63,896 nt of DNA, filler included, from Octopus bimaculoides (GCF_001194135.2; 7 parts of 7 records of this genome joined end to end with filler, not necessarily neighbours in it), one strand, 5' to 3'; counted from the whole stretch's first letter, positions 12,922-27,200 are shown. Program-made: numbers and translations. Notes: generated from the sequence alone by a model not told the origin.

Positions 12922-13973
12922 TATGTCTGCATGTTTCATTTTTTATATATTTAAATTCTTCCTAAAAAGAAAGACCTTGTTTCTAATAAAGAAACATAGC
13001 TCCATAGCTGGAATATGGATTACTAAAATGGTAAATGTTAGATGTGGAACTTTAGAAAAGGCTTGGATATTTTTTACTGTACTGCTTACAGACTGTATTT
13101 GTAAAGTGTATGTTTGCATGTCACATACTGAGCTTGAAAAACCTTGCTTTTTAAGTCCATTACTTGAATTAGTGCCGTCAAATGCACCAAAACTTAGCAG
13201 TATAAATGTGAATAAATGTGAATCTGGGAAAATCTTGAAGCTTCTGTCTCTAAATATTCTCTTCTCTCATCTTCATGGCATCTGAAACGCAGCTGATCTC
13301 TATGTATATAACTTAGCCTTTCTGTCTCAAATACTCATGCTTTTTGAGTTTACATTTGATAGAAGTTTTAATAGGAATATAAAGAAATTGTGTGGATTTA
13401 ACCTAAGGCATCATATATTACGAGACAATGAGAGCGAGTGTCTTAGTGACATTTTTGGGCAGCATCTGATCACATGTGTGATATCTTCCACAGAAATGTG
13501 ACATAGTCAGCAATTCTTTGTTTCATCTTGGAGGTTTAAGAGCTTCAATTTCTCTTTTGTTCATAAGGTATTTCATTGCTTTCTCCAGCTCTTGGATTGC
13601 AATGTAATGTGATGGTCACCCTCGAGTTCATAAAAAATATACCTGGCCATAAGCTTTGTGTCTGTGTATGTATGTGTGAGGTGTGTATATGTGCACAGGT
13701 ATGCACTGCATTTATGCATATATGTATGTACATATACATGTATCCTGGTAGATCTTACAATACGCTTTTGTAAAACTGTATTTCTTCATCAACCTTCCCC
13801 TAGATCCTCAAGGATTCTAACAATGTAGAATACAACAATGAAAACTGAATCTTTCTTTAAATATCTATCTTGGAAGCATGTTAAACAGGGATGCAAATCT
13901 TGACAAGAAAAGCACAAACAAAATTCAAAAATATTTAGCTTTTTGAACATTACAATCTCCACTATATTGTCAA

Positions 13974-13974
<1 letters not shown>

Positions 13975-14038
<64 letters not shown>
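13975..14038. repeat. (TG)n microsatellite
   Basis: Direct reading. Confidence 0.95.
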
Positions 14039-14040
<2 letters not shown>

Positions 14041-14044
14041 AGAT

Positions 14045-14530
14045 CATTAAGAATGAAATGTCCGATTTTAGGCAGAAAGTTTATTTTACTTTAGCTCAAC
14101 AAAAAACAATACAGTTAATCAAAGTATGCATCTAAATCATCAACACAATTTTGCCATTTTATCAGTATCTTATTTATGCTGGCAGCAAAGAATTCTGGAG
14201 AGTAAGAGGTGATGAAATCACAAAAGACTCTTTTTGCATCTTCTTCAGATTTGAAATTTTTTCTTTGCAAAAAATTGTCTAATGCCTGGAAAACATGATA
14301 GTCACTGGGTGCAAAGTCTAACGAATATGGTGAATGACAGAGTACTTCCAAGTTCAGTTCCTGTAACTTGAGTAGCGTTCTTTGTGCAACATGTGGTCAA
14401 ACATTGTCTTGCAAGAGAATTGGCCTGTCTCTATTGGCCAATCTCAGTTGTTTAATTGCAAGTTCACTCATCATTTTGTCCACTTGGTTGACGTATACAT
14501 CCACTGTAATTAACTTATACCAGGTCTCAT
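14045..14530 (-). mobile_element. Mariner transposase C-terminal fragment
   Basis: ORF 14115-14351 reads EVLCHSPYSLDFAPSDYHVF...KWQNCV (the YSPDLAP motif); upstream it reads PILLQDN..PH. Confidence 0.85.
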
Positions 14531-15139
14531 GAACAGTGACGTATCTACTATAAAACTAATGAAGTTTAAGCTTTGGGGCCGCTAATCCCACTGGGGCCCC
14601 TCTGAAACAACTTCATTTTTTCATTCTGTCAATTTTTTGCTTTTGTATTTTGCTATGCAGATTTCTGTCACTAGTCTTAGTGGACAGTGTCATCTCATAC
14701 TCCTACACAGAGTCTAGACATGCAGTGTCTAACCACGAACTGTTCCATCCGGTGTGGATTAGTATAAAAATAAAAAATACAATCAACTTGCAGATAATTC
14801 GCTTTCCTTGAATTATTTTGGAAACTTCAACCCTACCCCTCCTATCGTCAAATATGTTTGCTACTACATCAGCCTGGTAGAGATAAGAATTCTCATTTTC
14901 TCAGTAGGACACCATTATTTAATGACCAATGAAAGGGTTTGCTTCCTAATTTTGAGATTACAATCTGTTCAGTAACAAAGCATTTTTTCTACTTTAAAAA
15001 TTGTTTGAATATAACCTTGTACAAAATGAATAATTCTCCATTTATGACTATATATTAAGTTGTGGACCCTTATCTTGATCGATCTCTGTCTTGCTGTGGC
15101 TAATGAAAATACTACCCTAATCTTTTTTTCACAGAGGTC

Positions 15140-16000
15140 TAGGCCCCAAGAGGAATAGCAATGTCTTCAAGAAAGTATTTAAGCAGATACCAGAAATGCC
15201 AACTCAAGGAAAAGCAGTTTAACGAAATTTCTAAATGTCAAGACCTATGAAACTATTTTACAAAGTCAACTAAAAGTTTGTTATCACCTGCAACTGAAAC
15301 AAGCCATGCAAGCACCAGTGTATTCAATGATAATGCACAAACCATGAGTGCTCTGTTGAGTAATAATGAACCTACTGTTGACACTTTTTGTGCAGATGAT
15401 GATCAGTGGTCAAGAACTTCGAGAAAAGAGAGAGCAGAAACAGGAAACAGGAAGAAAATTTAGTGATTTCAAAAAAAAAAAAAAAACTGGCCCGTAACAA
15501 TTGATAATGATTTCATACAAAACTGTTTAATGCAAGACATCAGTTTTTTGTTTTGTTTTTTTCTTTTCAAAACAAAAACCCAGATAATGTATATACTGAA
15601 TCCAATAAGATTTGCAAACAGCAAAATCGAAGTTTCTGAAACAAGTACTTTCAAAAAAGAGTGATAAATGGTCAGATTGTGATGAGGTCCTGATTAGTTT
15701 ACTCAAAGAGTAAGGTTATATATACTGTTTTGTTTGCAAACTCTTTTCTAAACCCCAAATATCACTTACAACGGGTGGTTTTTCTGACTGGATGAATATA
15801 CTCAGATCTCTAGAAAATCATGAAGGCAGCATGGAATATAACAGGGCGATGTTGAGCTGGCTAACACGAAAGTTAAATAAAAACACTGTAGATTAGCAAC
15901 TTGAAGAACAGTTGAGAAAAAAACATGCAGTACTATTTTGAAGTACTAACAAGAGTTGTAGTAGTTATAAAGTTTTTAAGTGAAGAGGTTTAGCATTCTT
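15140..16000 (+). mobile_element. Decayed hAT transposase 5' part (TTF zinc finger/DUF4371-like), copy 1
   Basis: Broken translation RS*LVYSKSK..YCFVCKLF...GFSDWMNILRSLENHEGSMEY...VIKFLSERGLAF; homologous to 24822-26800. Confidence 0.7.
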
Positions 16001-16029
16001 CAGTTTATTTATGAGTAACTATTAGCTGA

Positions 16030-16876
16030 AGTATTCCTAATATTACTACTGCACTTAGGTTGTACTTGAAAATGCCTATCACGAGCTATGATGGTCAAAT
16101 TGTTGGTGCTCGTATGGCAGGTGCTAGCGTAACGACACAGGAAATGTGTCAAGGCCAACAAGAAACGGTGTTTCCTAGGGCTAAATAGCAGTAGCATTCT
16201 TCCCTTTCATGGGACTGTCACAGTAATTTGACAACATACCATCACTTTATCCTTTACTTTATTTCCGACCACCGGCCGAGTATATGTGTGGAGACAGTCA
16301 AAAGAAGCATTTGACCCAAACTGCCTTCTTCCAACTGTTAAATATGGAGGAGGATCTGTGATGAATTTTTTTTTGGTGGGGGGGTATATCTTGGAAATCT
16401 GCCGGCCCAGTGGTTTCTCTTCATGAGAGAATTAATAGTCAAGACTATTTAAGCATTTTATTGATCAAATTCATCCTATGGTTGTGGAACTGTTTCCAGA
16501 GGGAAACGCAATCTTTCAGGATGATAATGCACCAATTCACACAGCTAAAGTTGTTACTGAATGGCACGAGGACCATTCTAGTGAAGTTGAACATCTTATC
16601 TGGCCATCACAGTTCCCAGATCTCAATATTATTGAACATTTATGGTGCATTTTAGAAAAACAAGTAAAGAGTCTATATCTTCCACCATCATCACTACAAG
16701 AACTGGAGGCTTTTTTAGCTGAAGAATGGACAAAAATTCCTTTGGAAACAATTCAAACTTTGTACGAGTCCATACCTCATAGAATTCAAGCTGTAATTAC
16801 TGCCAAAGGCGGTCCTACCCCATATTAAAATAAATTTGTTTGAAATTTAAGGTGTTTCCATTATTTTGTCCAACCC

Positions 16877-16879
<3 letters not shown>
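16030..16879 (+). mobile_element. Tc1-type transposon, 5'-damaged, with an intact right TIR
   Basis: ORF 16478-16828 contains FQDDNAPIHTAK...WPSQFPDLNIIEHLW (DD34E-type). It ends aaggtgtttccattattttgtccaacccctg|TA. Confidence 0.88.
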
Positions 16880-16915
<36 letters not shown>

Positions 16916-18129
16916 AACAAACTGAGGAAAAAAGATCCTTCAAAGGGGTGTGTTAAACTTCCAATTCACTGGTACGTCAGTTGAATACCATATAAATATT
17001 GGTATCATGCAATTACAAAGATAAATTAAATAGAGAGATACTATTGACAATCCAATAATTTATTTGTATTATAATATTACATGATATACTATGAATATAA
17101 TATAACATAATATTATATAACATAAACAATAATTTTTTTTTAAACCATAAAAGGCCAAGAAATTGTTTCAACTTATATGCATTTTCTGATATATATACAC
17201 AATAACAATTCCCTCATATATAAGTTACTTCAGGGTCATGGCTTAAAGATAGACAAAATTCCGTGTGAAAGGACGACTGCATTGTAAAAATTAATTCATA
17301 TGTCTATGTATTATGAGCAAAATCGATATGCAGTCGGGACCATGGTATTTTCACTTCCAGCTAAGGTTCACATTGTTGCCGGCACACATCTTCTGTAGCC
17401 TTTTACCAGATTTTCAACTTCTTTGTTTGCAAGCAATAAGCATCATCACATGGCTGATGGTCTTCTATAAATCAGTTATCTTTTACTCTGTCTTCAAAAC
17501 CCATGATGGCACTTTTTTAGTTTTGTTTGCTTTTCGCATATTGTTTATGTACAGCTTTGCAGTAGTAGACAGAGTATGTAGTAGACAGAATGAGCAGTCA
17601 TTATACTGTCGTAAATACTCTTCTCTGATTTTATTAATAGTTTTTGATACTATATCTATTGGTCTTTTGCTTACTTTGGCTTTGAAGTACTCTCGAAGGA
17701 GAGTACTTAAAAGCCAAAGTTATTTTTTCTTGAAAAATTTCACTGATATATAACCCTGAATACTACTGCAATGACCATTGTGATTTGCCTGTTATTTACG
17801 AGAGTTGTAGTAGAGTAGCAGTGGTCAGTTACTTTAGCTAATAATGAAGTTTGGCTGGCAGGCAGTATAATATCTGTTGGAATATCAATAATTGTGAAAT
17901 TGTGTGGTGTTCTAACATCATTCACACTTTTGTTTATACTGTGTGGGAGAAAGTTAATTTCAGATTTTTTTTTTTGATAAAGTTACATTCACTAACTTTC
18001 TTCCTATGTTCCCCATTTTTGTAACAGTTAAATAAATCAGTATTCAATTCATAAATCCAAAAAAATGAATGAATGTATGTATGTATGTATGTATGTATAT
18101 ACAATGTGACACTAAAATGTCTGTTTTAA

Positions 18130-18370
18130 AACATGTTTTTGTATGCTTTGCTATATGGCTGTGAAATGTGGGTATTGTATCCAAAACACAATAAGACACA
18201 TTTTTGCATATATCTTAGAGAGACAATTTGAGGGATGTAATCTTGAAAATAACAAGAAGATAGCAAATACTGTAAGCATAGAACTCTCATAGAAGAGGTA
18301 GACAGGCCATGTTGTTCACATTGAAAAATATAGAAGAATTCCAAATCCTCAACACAATGGAGAACTATGT
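18130..18370 (+). mobile_element. RTE-like LINE 3' fragment
   Basis: Broken translation LLYGCEMW...GHV..IE..RIP resembles the RTE RT tail. Confidence 0.4.
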
Positions 18371-18849
18371 TCTGGTAAAAGACTTCCTTACAAACTGTAA
18401 AGACATGAAAACTGCCTTAAGTTGGCATCTTTTATTCTTTATTGTACCAAAGAAACTATATTTTTTCTGAAATGCCTGTTTTTTTAAGTGTTCAATGCCA
18501 GCTCACAAGACATAATTTGGACTAATATGTTACTTTTCATCCCTTTGTTTTCCCTGTACACCAGCCTTCAGAAGAGGAAGAAGGGAAAGATAACAAGGTA
18601 TATGTATGCATGCTTGCATGTATGTATGTATGTATGTGTATATGTATGTATGTATATATGTATGTATGCATGTATGTATGCATGTATATTTGTATGTATG
18701 TATCTATGTACATATGTATCTGTTAACAATGTCCCTCACTCACAAGGATGTACACATGTATCAAAGGCCCTTATGGACATTAATGTAGAACAGATTGGAA
18801 GATAAGGATAAATATAAAGAGCAGAGTTTGAAATCAGATAAGAGTAAAG

Positions 18850-19560
18850 GTGGCATGTTTTTACTTAAGTTTGAAAGTGTAATGAATTGAAGCCAACATT
18901 TTTGAAAGAAAGGATTTACAGGGGTTGGACACAACAGGAATGATATGAGGAGGGAGGAGTGGATTGAAAATGCTTGAATGAAGGTGGGATGAACCTAACT
19001 GGCTCTGAGGAATTGAGGCCATTATTGTAGTGATAGTAAAAGGCAAAGATGGGATACAACCCACCTGCAGGCTACAGACTCATTGAGTATCTTGGAGTTA
19101 CTTTATGCCAGTTGTTAGGTGGCCCTCTTCTAGATGCAGTTTTGGATGTATGTGTATGCAGTAGTAGCTCCCTCCCAGATGTAAGAGCAATACTCCATTG
19201 TGGGCCTTAGCATCAATAATTGCTGGGGACCCTGAAGAGAAGGACTAGTTGTTGGGATGCCTGGTGAGATAATCAGTGATAGTGAGGCACATTTGGAGCA
19301 ATTGCGAGGGTTCTAGCTGCATGCCATTCATGTGTTAAGAGTTTAGCACAATGATGTTTACACAATCTTTGAATATCACAGATAGCAAGATGTTCAGAAA
19401 AGTAGTCCCATAAATTAGTATCCACATTACATTTATGCACAGCCCATTGCAAATCTACCATCTGTAGATGATAATATTGCTTAGCCACAGGCCATCTCGG
19501 ATTAAGCAGACAAATGAATTATGCCATTGTAGCCATGACCAGGCTTCCATGTAGTGTATC
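18850..19560 (-). mobile_element. CR1/Jockey-like LINE 3' fragment, decayed
   Basis: The minus strand gives TMEYCSYIWEGATTAYTYIQNCI*KRAT, matching the post-RT 'MEYCSHIW' motif. Confidence 0.6.
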
Positions 19561-21898
19561 TTGAACTATATTATTAAATGTATCCTTCCATTTTTTTTAA
19601 ACGATAATAGAGTGTGATTTGAGGAAGGTTTGATCATGCTTCTTCTATCAAATTAAGCAATCATGTAGAAGTTCCCTTAAAGATGAGGTAGAGAGAAAAC
19701 AAAGAACTGTGTTTCCTCTAGAACAGTAATCTCAGTATAAAATAGGGTAATAATTACCTGAACAGAAAGCTGGCTGGTAAGTTGGTGAAAAGACAATAAA
19801 AGATTTTACTGTTGATGTAGTATATATAGAGAGTTATGAAATGAAACAATACAGAAAGGTAAACTGAGGAAGTGAGAGTGTAGTAAGAGATATCTGGTTT
19901 ATGCTGTTTTATTTAAAGTTCATGACACAGATTATATACTTGGTAGAGAAGATGAGAATATGGTGTGAAATTGAAGAGAAAACTAAGAAAAATTGGCTTT
20001 AAGACAATGTTCAAAATTGTTAATACAGCAACAGAAATCATTTTTAAACAAAGATTAAAAGAGTGTAATCTATAAAATATACAAAATTGTATATAAATAT
20101 CATCATTTATAGTTACTGTTACTGTAATTCCACAGCAACAGTCAATAATACTACAATGTAATTTGTGGAGATATCACCTACATGCATTACATGATTATAA
20201 ATGAGTGTGTGTATGTGTGTGTGTATACATGCATACGTATATACCTGTATGCATGCATGCATGTGACTTTGTGTGTATGTGTGCCTGTACATATGTATGT
20301 GCATGTGCACGTATGTGCATATGTATGCACATGCATATGCATGTATAAATACATTTATGGATGCACATGAGCATGCAAGTATATATATGTATGTGTATGT
20401 ATATGCATGTGTATATATATGTATATATGTGTGTGTGTGTATATGTATGTATGCATATGCACACATGTATATGTACATGTGTGCATGTACATATGTCATT
20501 ATACCTTCTTTCCTCATCTCTGATTCCTACCTATCACACTAACCTATACAATCACATATGTCTATTTATAGAAATTTGACATCCTTGTATTCTTCCCCTC
20601 CACTTTAAAATTTATTACTAAAATTACTACTCACTTTGGTAACACCCCACCCATACCTTTTCTCTACCCATACCATAATGCAGCTCTATCATATAACCCC
20701 AACTCACACATCTCACACTTATTCACTCCTTACCTTCACATCTCTTCCTATCCCTCCCCACTCCCCTCCCATCCTCCGTTCACAATATCTCACATTATCT
20801 TGACCACCAACTAACACACCTTTTCTCACTTCTTTCACCCTTTCTTCACTTTTTTCACTCTTATCACTTTTTCACTCTTTTTTCTCTCTTTCTTCCTCTC
20901 ATTTTCTCTTCCTGTTTTCATTTTGACCTATCTCCTCATTGTTAACATAAACATCCCTCCCCCACATCTATCCACAAATACTACCAATACATTCTCAAAT
21001 TTTCATTCACAACACAAGACCTTTTCAAATGAGCAACACAGAATTCATGGCTCCATACTTTGAAATGACTAAACATGAACTACTATTGGAACTTACATGC
21101 CATGTACAGGAAACTTTTTCCCACTTCTATACACCATTTTCCTCGAATAATACGATATCTTTATATATTTTATATTATTATTTTTACTTTCATTCTCTTA
21201 TTTCCTTCTATATTCCCTATCTCCTCCTTTGCCATAATAATTCTTTATTATGAACTCNNNNNNNNNNNNNNNNNNNNNNNNNNNNNNNNNNNNNNNNNNN
21301 NNNNNNNNNNNNNNNNNNNNNNNNNNNNNNNNNNNNNNNNNNNNNNNNNNNNNNNNNNNNNNNNNNNNNNNNNNNNNNNNNNNNNNNNNNNNNNNNNNNN
21401 NNNNNNNNNNNNNNNNNNNNNNNNNNNNNNNNNNNNNNNNNNNNNNNNNNNNNNNNNNNNNNNNNNNNNNNNNNNNNNNNNNNNNNNNNNNNNNNNNNNN
21501 NNNNNNNNNNNNNNNNNNNNNNNNNNNNNNNNNNNNNNNNNNNNNNNNNNNNNNNNNNNNNNNNNNNNNNNNNNNNNNNNNNNNNNNNNNNNNNNNNNNN
21601 NNNNNNNNNNNNNNNNNNNNNNNNNNNNNNNNNNNNNNNNNNNNNNNNNNNNNNNNNNNNNNNNNNNNNNNNNNNNNNNNNNNNNNNNNNNNNNNNNNNN
21701 NNNNNNNNNNNNNNNNNNNNNNNNNNNNNNNNNNNNNNNNNNNNNNNNNNNNTGTGCATGCTAATACAAAACCCACATTAGACTCCTCACTCATATCACT
21801 ATTGAACCAAGAGTTTAACTACGGTCTGTCCATAGCACTTACTTAACATTACCTGCCACTCTTTGGGTCTTCTACATATCAATGCCTCTCATATATCT

Positions 21899-21951
<53 letters not shown>

Positions 21952-22445
21952 TTCAGACAGATTTTTGACTGTCATATCATTGGCAACATCTTTTAAGCAT
22001 CAAGTGTATCCATTGGCCAAGTTTACATACATGAAGCAAAAAGTGTCATAAGACTTGGAAGGCAGCTCCTTGAGAAATATTCCATCTAATAACCCTGAAT
22101 ACATGCTCAAAGAAGTTGCATGACTCTACCTCAACATATCATCAAATGAGAAGTTGAATGCTTATCAGCAGAATACTGATGAAATGTCCCTCTGAAAATC
22201 TCAATAAAATACGAGTACAAACATAATAAACCAGACAGTAATTATTGAGGTATTAGGATATGTAACAAACTGCCTCAGCATCAGTCTTGAGAAATTAATT
22301 TTCACAAAACTAGAAAGAAGAAAGTTAATTAGAAGATTACAGATATCAATGGAGTATTCAAACTATGAAAAACTTTCTTTCCAAAAGTTTAGCATATAAG
22401 TACATATGCAGTTGCCTAGACATTCAACTATGTGTAAGAGTTATA

Positions 22446-23708
22446 CACAGACGTGCAGGAAGTAAATAGACACTTTTAATTTTCAAAATTTCTGATCTAA
22501 GTGTCTTAATATGTTTTCAGCAGTGTAGAATATACAATGTAATTATTATTCTTCATTCCAGGTGCCATTATATTAAACATTCACGAAGAGTAACCATGCC
22601 ACGCACAAAAAATTCAGCAGAACTGTCAGATTTTCAAAGAGGTCATATTGTTGGGCAATCTGAGGCTGGGCTTAGTCAGTGAAAAAATTGCCGAAAAATC
22701 ATCAAATTCCTCTTGTTACTGTTAATAGAATTATAGTGCAATTCAAAAGCCAAAGAAAAGAATCAACAGATTCTCATCCCGGCTGACGTGGGCCCTCGGA
22801 AAGGAAGCTTCTCTGTTTGAAGAGAATTGTGGAAAACGAAGACTGTTCGAAGGCTTCTGACATTGCAAAACAGCTAGAAGTTAGTCCAAGAACGTGTGTT
22901 ACTTATCTGCATAAGCTTGAGTATTATGGATGAGCAGCTAGAAGAAAACCTCTCCTTCAACCAATTAATATCATAAAAAGAAAGAAATGGGCTTAAAGAG
23001 ATGTCAGAAAAATCCAGTTCATTTTGGGATAGAGTGATTTTCTCAGATGAATCCAGATTTGCATTATTTTCAGACAGTGGGGTCTGGAGGCTTCCCAATC
23101 AAGAATTTGATTTGAAACGACTCCAACCAACTGGTGGTATCTCTGTAATGGTATGGGGAGCTGTCACCAGCAATGGTCGTTCTGGGCTGATTGAATGTGT
23201 GGGAACCATAAACTCTGAAAAATACATCGAAATACTTAAGCAAGGACTACTTCTGATGCATTCACATGATAACCTAACAAAAAATGAGTTTTTATTCATG
23301 GAAGATGGGGCTCCATGCTACACAGCAAAAAAGGAATCAACAATGGCTGACTGAAAATGGGATCAAAAAGCTTCCTTGGCCAAGCCAATTTCCTGACATG
23401 AACCGAATTGAAAATCTTTAGAGCATACTAGATAGAGCTATAGGCAAAACTCAACAGAAACCTAAATCTAAAGATGAATTGTTTCGATTGTTGTGTGAAA
23501 AGTGGGCAGAAATTCCACAAGAGACAATTACAAAGCTCATCAGTTCAATGCCAAAAAGAGTTTCTGAATTAAAAACTGCAAAGGGAATGTAAGCTAAATA
23601 CTAAAGTATGTAGTCCTACCTATTGATTACATTTCAATTGTTCACTTTGCATATTTTGAAAAAGATTTTGAAAATTAAAGGTGTCTATTTACTTTCTGCA
23701 TGTCTGTG
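22446..23708 (+). mobile_element. Full-length (1263 bp) decayed Tc1-type transposon with about 43-bp TIRs and a TA target duplication
   Basis: Left TA|cacagacgtgcaggaagtaaatagacacttttaattttcaaaa mirrors right ttttgaaaattaaaggtgtctatttactttctgcatgtctgtg|TA. Transposase pieces: MPRTKNSAELSDFQRGHIVG, VIFSDESRF, VMVWG, FMEDGAPCYTAK, WPSQFPDMN. Confidence 0.92.
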
Positions 23709-24821
23709 TACATGCATAAAACAAAATATGCAGATTTGTGCATGTACTGACTCTGAATAATTTCACATATACACACAGCGACATGCACAACTACCTTGTT
23801 GGTGTTGTTGAAATTCCAATGAAGGAATCTTGGATCTAGGTTAGAAACTAGCTCTTTCTTCATTGGCAAGAAAAGACTAATTTTATATCATTTTGAATTT
23901 ACATATGGCTGATGCAAACAGTAAGAATTTTTACAAAATTGCCAAGCATCTATTTACAGTTGAGAGCAAGTCTATGAGAAAAGTTACTGAGTAGTTTTTG
24001 TTTACCTTGAATCTAATTTTCTTAATTTTTAAACTTTTCTTTAAAATATTTTTATTTTGTTTTGTTTAAGCTAAATATTTGTTGTGTTAAATTCAAATTC
24101 AAATACTTGAATCTATTTTGAATTTAAAATGTTTCTTTCATTTTCGCTTTTTATCTCTATAAAGTATGTTAATATTTCAGAAATATTGTTCTAAAATGCA
24201 GATGTCTTAAACCAAAGAAACTGTCAAAAACATTTACAGTGGTGTACTTATTCTGAAACTCTGTCCTCAAAATTATTGTAAAGAAGAGTGATAACTAAAA
24301 AGTTATGAAGCCCACTCTCTATCCCCAAAATTTGGCAACAAATCTGCTCATAACACTAATAAGTGGTGTTAAATATGAAAAGTTTTTGATTGTCTAAATT
24401 TATTTAGACATTCCAGAAAAATAAAATTAGCACAAATTCTTGTTAGACACTACTTTTTACTTTTTATGTCAATTAACAACTGCACCAAGTTTATATTCTA
24501 ATGTTGTTTTTAAAAATTCTAATTACCTTCAGCTAAAGTGCATAAAATATTCAAATATTTTATTGAATCTTTTATTTAAACAGCTTGGGTCAAACAGTTT
24601 TTACAAGTCAATAATCATAATACATTTAGTTTTACGGGGATAGTTTAAGAAGTGCTTCCTTTAATGTTTTTTTTTTTTTGTTAACACTTTCCTTTCATAA
24701 GTTTGAATCTGACAATTGGAAAAAGTATTCTACACATGTTTCAGCCTTATTTACCCACTATAATTGAGTTCTGTCCTGTTGGAGTTTAAAAAATCATCCC
24801 TGTTTATAACAAAGATTAAAA

Positions 24822-27200
24822 CACAAGAGGAATAACACTGAATTCATAAAAGTAATTAGGTGGATACCAAAATGCAAACTCAAGAAGTGATCTGAGAAAA
24901 TTTCTAAATGTCAAAAGCTACCAAACTATTTTACAATGTCAAGTTTGTTAACAGCCACCACTGAAACAAGCTAACCAAACACCAGTGAAGCCACCAGTAG
25001 CACACAAACCGTGTGAGTTCTTCATCACCATTTTCAACCACTGTTGAAACTTTACTTTTTAATGGCACATAGTTTTGTAGTTATGATCTTGCAATTATGA
25101 TTATAAGATTGTAGTTTTGATTCCCAGCTGAGCAGTGCATTGTGTTCTTGAGCAAAACACTTCATTTCACATTTCCCCAGTCCACTCAACTGCGAATGAG
25201 TTCTAGCAATTGCTAAGAAGCTAACTTCATTACAGACTGCCATTCCATTCAAGAAGCAATCATTTACATGCCATGCAAACCAAGTTAAGCTCCATCCTTA
25301 TGAGTCCTAGGGTTCATAACAGACCTATATTGACACATTTGATACAAATGAGGATCACAGTGATCAACATGAGTGTACTGCAAAACAGGAAGAAACAGAA
25401 TCAGAATATAATCCCCAAAACAAATTCAGTGATTCCAAAAGATTGCTGAGACCTCACGAACTAGCCCACAATAATGGTAATTATTTCATACAGAATTGTT
25501 TAATGCAAAATTGATTCTTTTTTTTTTTTGTAAATAAAAAAAACAGTTGTTGTAAATACTGAATCTAGTTGGGTTTACAAGAAGCAAATAAATATTTTGA
25601 AAACTATTGAAAAATGGCCAGACCATAATAAGATCCTGGTTAATTTATTCAAAGTCTTCTAAATGCCAAACATTACTCACAACAGGTTTGTTTTTTGGAG
25701 ACGGAGACAGGGATGTATGAATATATTCTGAACTGCAAAGAACCATGAAGATAACGTGGAACATAAGGGATGATGTTGTATTGGATAATTAGAAAAACAA
25801 ATAAAAACATTGTGGGTCAGAGACCTGAAGAACAAAGCAAAAGAAGTTTGGTATTTAAAGTTCATGAGAAAAAGTGTGGTTCACCATATAATGACTTTAT
25901 GAGAACTATTAAATTTATTGCAGAGTTCGACCTATTTTTACATGAATATCTCAATATATGTAAGAATGAAAAAGTAAATACTACTTATCTATCCAAAACT
26001 GTGTACAAAGAATTGACAGAATCTTGGAAACACACGTGCAAGATAAAATTGAGAATCAAATTAACATCCAAGACACCAAATACTGCTCTATTATTGTTGA
26101 CTCTATGCTTGACATGACACATGTCAACCAACTGGTAATTGTGGTTCAAAAGTTTTATAATGGAAAACCTTACAAGAGCTTTTTAACACTTTAACCAAAA
26201 GAAAAACATTTATGACCTTGTTCAATTAATATAGCATGTCATGAGTCAACATGGGCTTTCACTTAAAAATATCATGTCAGTCCTTCAGTAATGGATTTAA
26301 CATGAAAAGCTCAGAGAAACAGCTACAAACATTCTTTAAAAACATTAGCAGGTATGCAGACTCTGTACTATGTACAGTGTTATTGGAGAAAAGTTGTGTC
26401 AGCTGTATCTGAAGTTGTTGAATATATTGGCATTGAGTAGGAGCTTTATGTTTTCTTTACTGATTCACGATGAAGATGGGGCATTTTAAACACAGAGGAC
26501 AATCTACATTTTCTTGGAATGGCTTATGATCTGCACAATATGAAACAGTAAGAGCAATTAAAAACTAATACATGGATATTTTACAAACTCTCAAACATAT
26601 TTTTGAAGACTCAAAGAGAAACCTAAATCTAAATAATATGCAAAAAATGTATACTAATTGGTAAATTTTATAGTATAAAATGCTATAAAAATAGTATTTT
26701 AACAATCGTTTTGGAAGAAGTATTGGAGTATTTCAATAAAACAAATAAGAAACTCCAAGCCCCAGGTATCTATATATTTGAAGGTTATCATCTGCTATCA
26801 TCTTTACTTTCATTTGTTTTTTTTAACAAATGAAAGTAAAGATGATAGCAGATGATAACCTTCAAATATATAGATACTTGGGGCTTGGAGTTTCTTATTG
26901 TTTCTTATTCTTGGAGTGCCCAGACTGAGAAAATTCAAATGACATGATGGCATACTATGAATTAGAAGCAAATGGTTTGTGTGGATATATATTTCCTTAA
27001 ATCATTCTGATGCTTCCAAATACTTTGTTGTAAAGAAATTTTCTGATGGAAGAAGTGGTAGTGCTTTTAAATCAACTCAATGATTTGTTTGGTAATTCAG
27101 TTACATAAGAGGATTAACCCATATGAGCAAATTGTGAAAACATTCAATTCCTCTAAGAATTGATGAACAATTCTGAAAAAGATGAAGACAATTTTAAACT
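24822..27200 (+). mobile_element. Decayed hAT transposase, copy 2 (longer; interrupted by a SINE and an inverted duplication)
   Basis: RSWLIYSKS and YCSIIVDSMLDMTHVNQLVIVV (first catalytic-Asp region); the 5' part is similar to 15140-15330. The 3' limit is approximate. Confidence 0.7.
25065..25330 (+). mobile_element. SINE (second tRNA-derived type) inserted in hAT copy 2
   Basis: B-box-like gttttgattccc followed by the core-like gtgttcttgagcaaaacactt...cagtccactcaactg. Confidence 0.5.

Noticed and set aside
12878-13285. 135-aa plus-strand ORF and an overlapping minus-strand open frame
   Set aside because: No recognisable family or consistent splice phases; it begins in the mariner terminus.
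17313-17753. 146-aa hydrophobic plus-strand ORF
   Set aside because: T-rich intronic composition explains it; it is antisense to the SLC5 gene and has no motif.
18918-18932. caggggttggaca resembling the Tc1 TIR at 16867-16879
   Set aside because: Only about 13 bp match and it lies inside a CR1-like remnant; likely chance.
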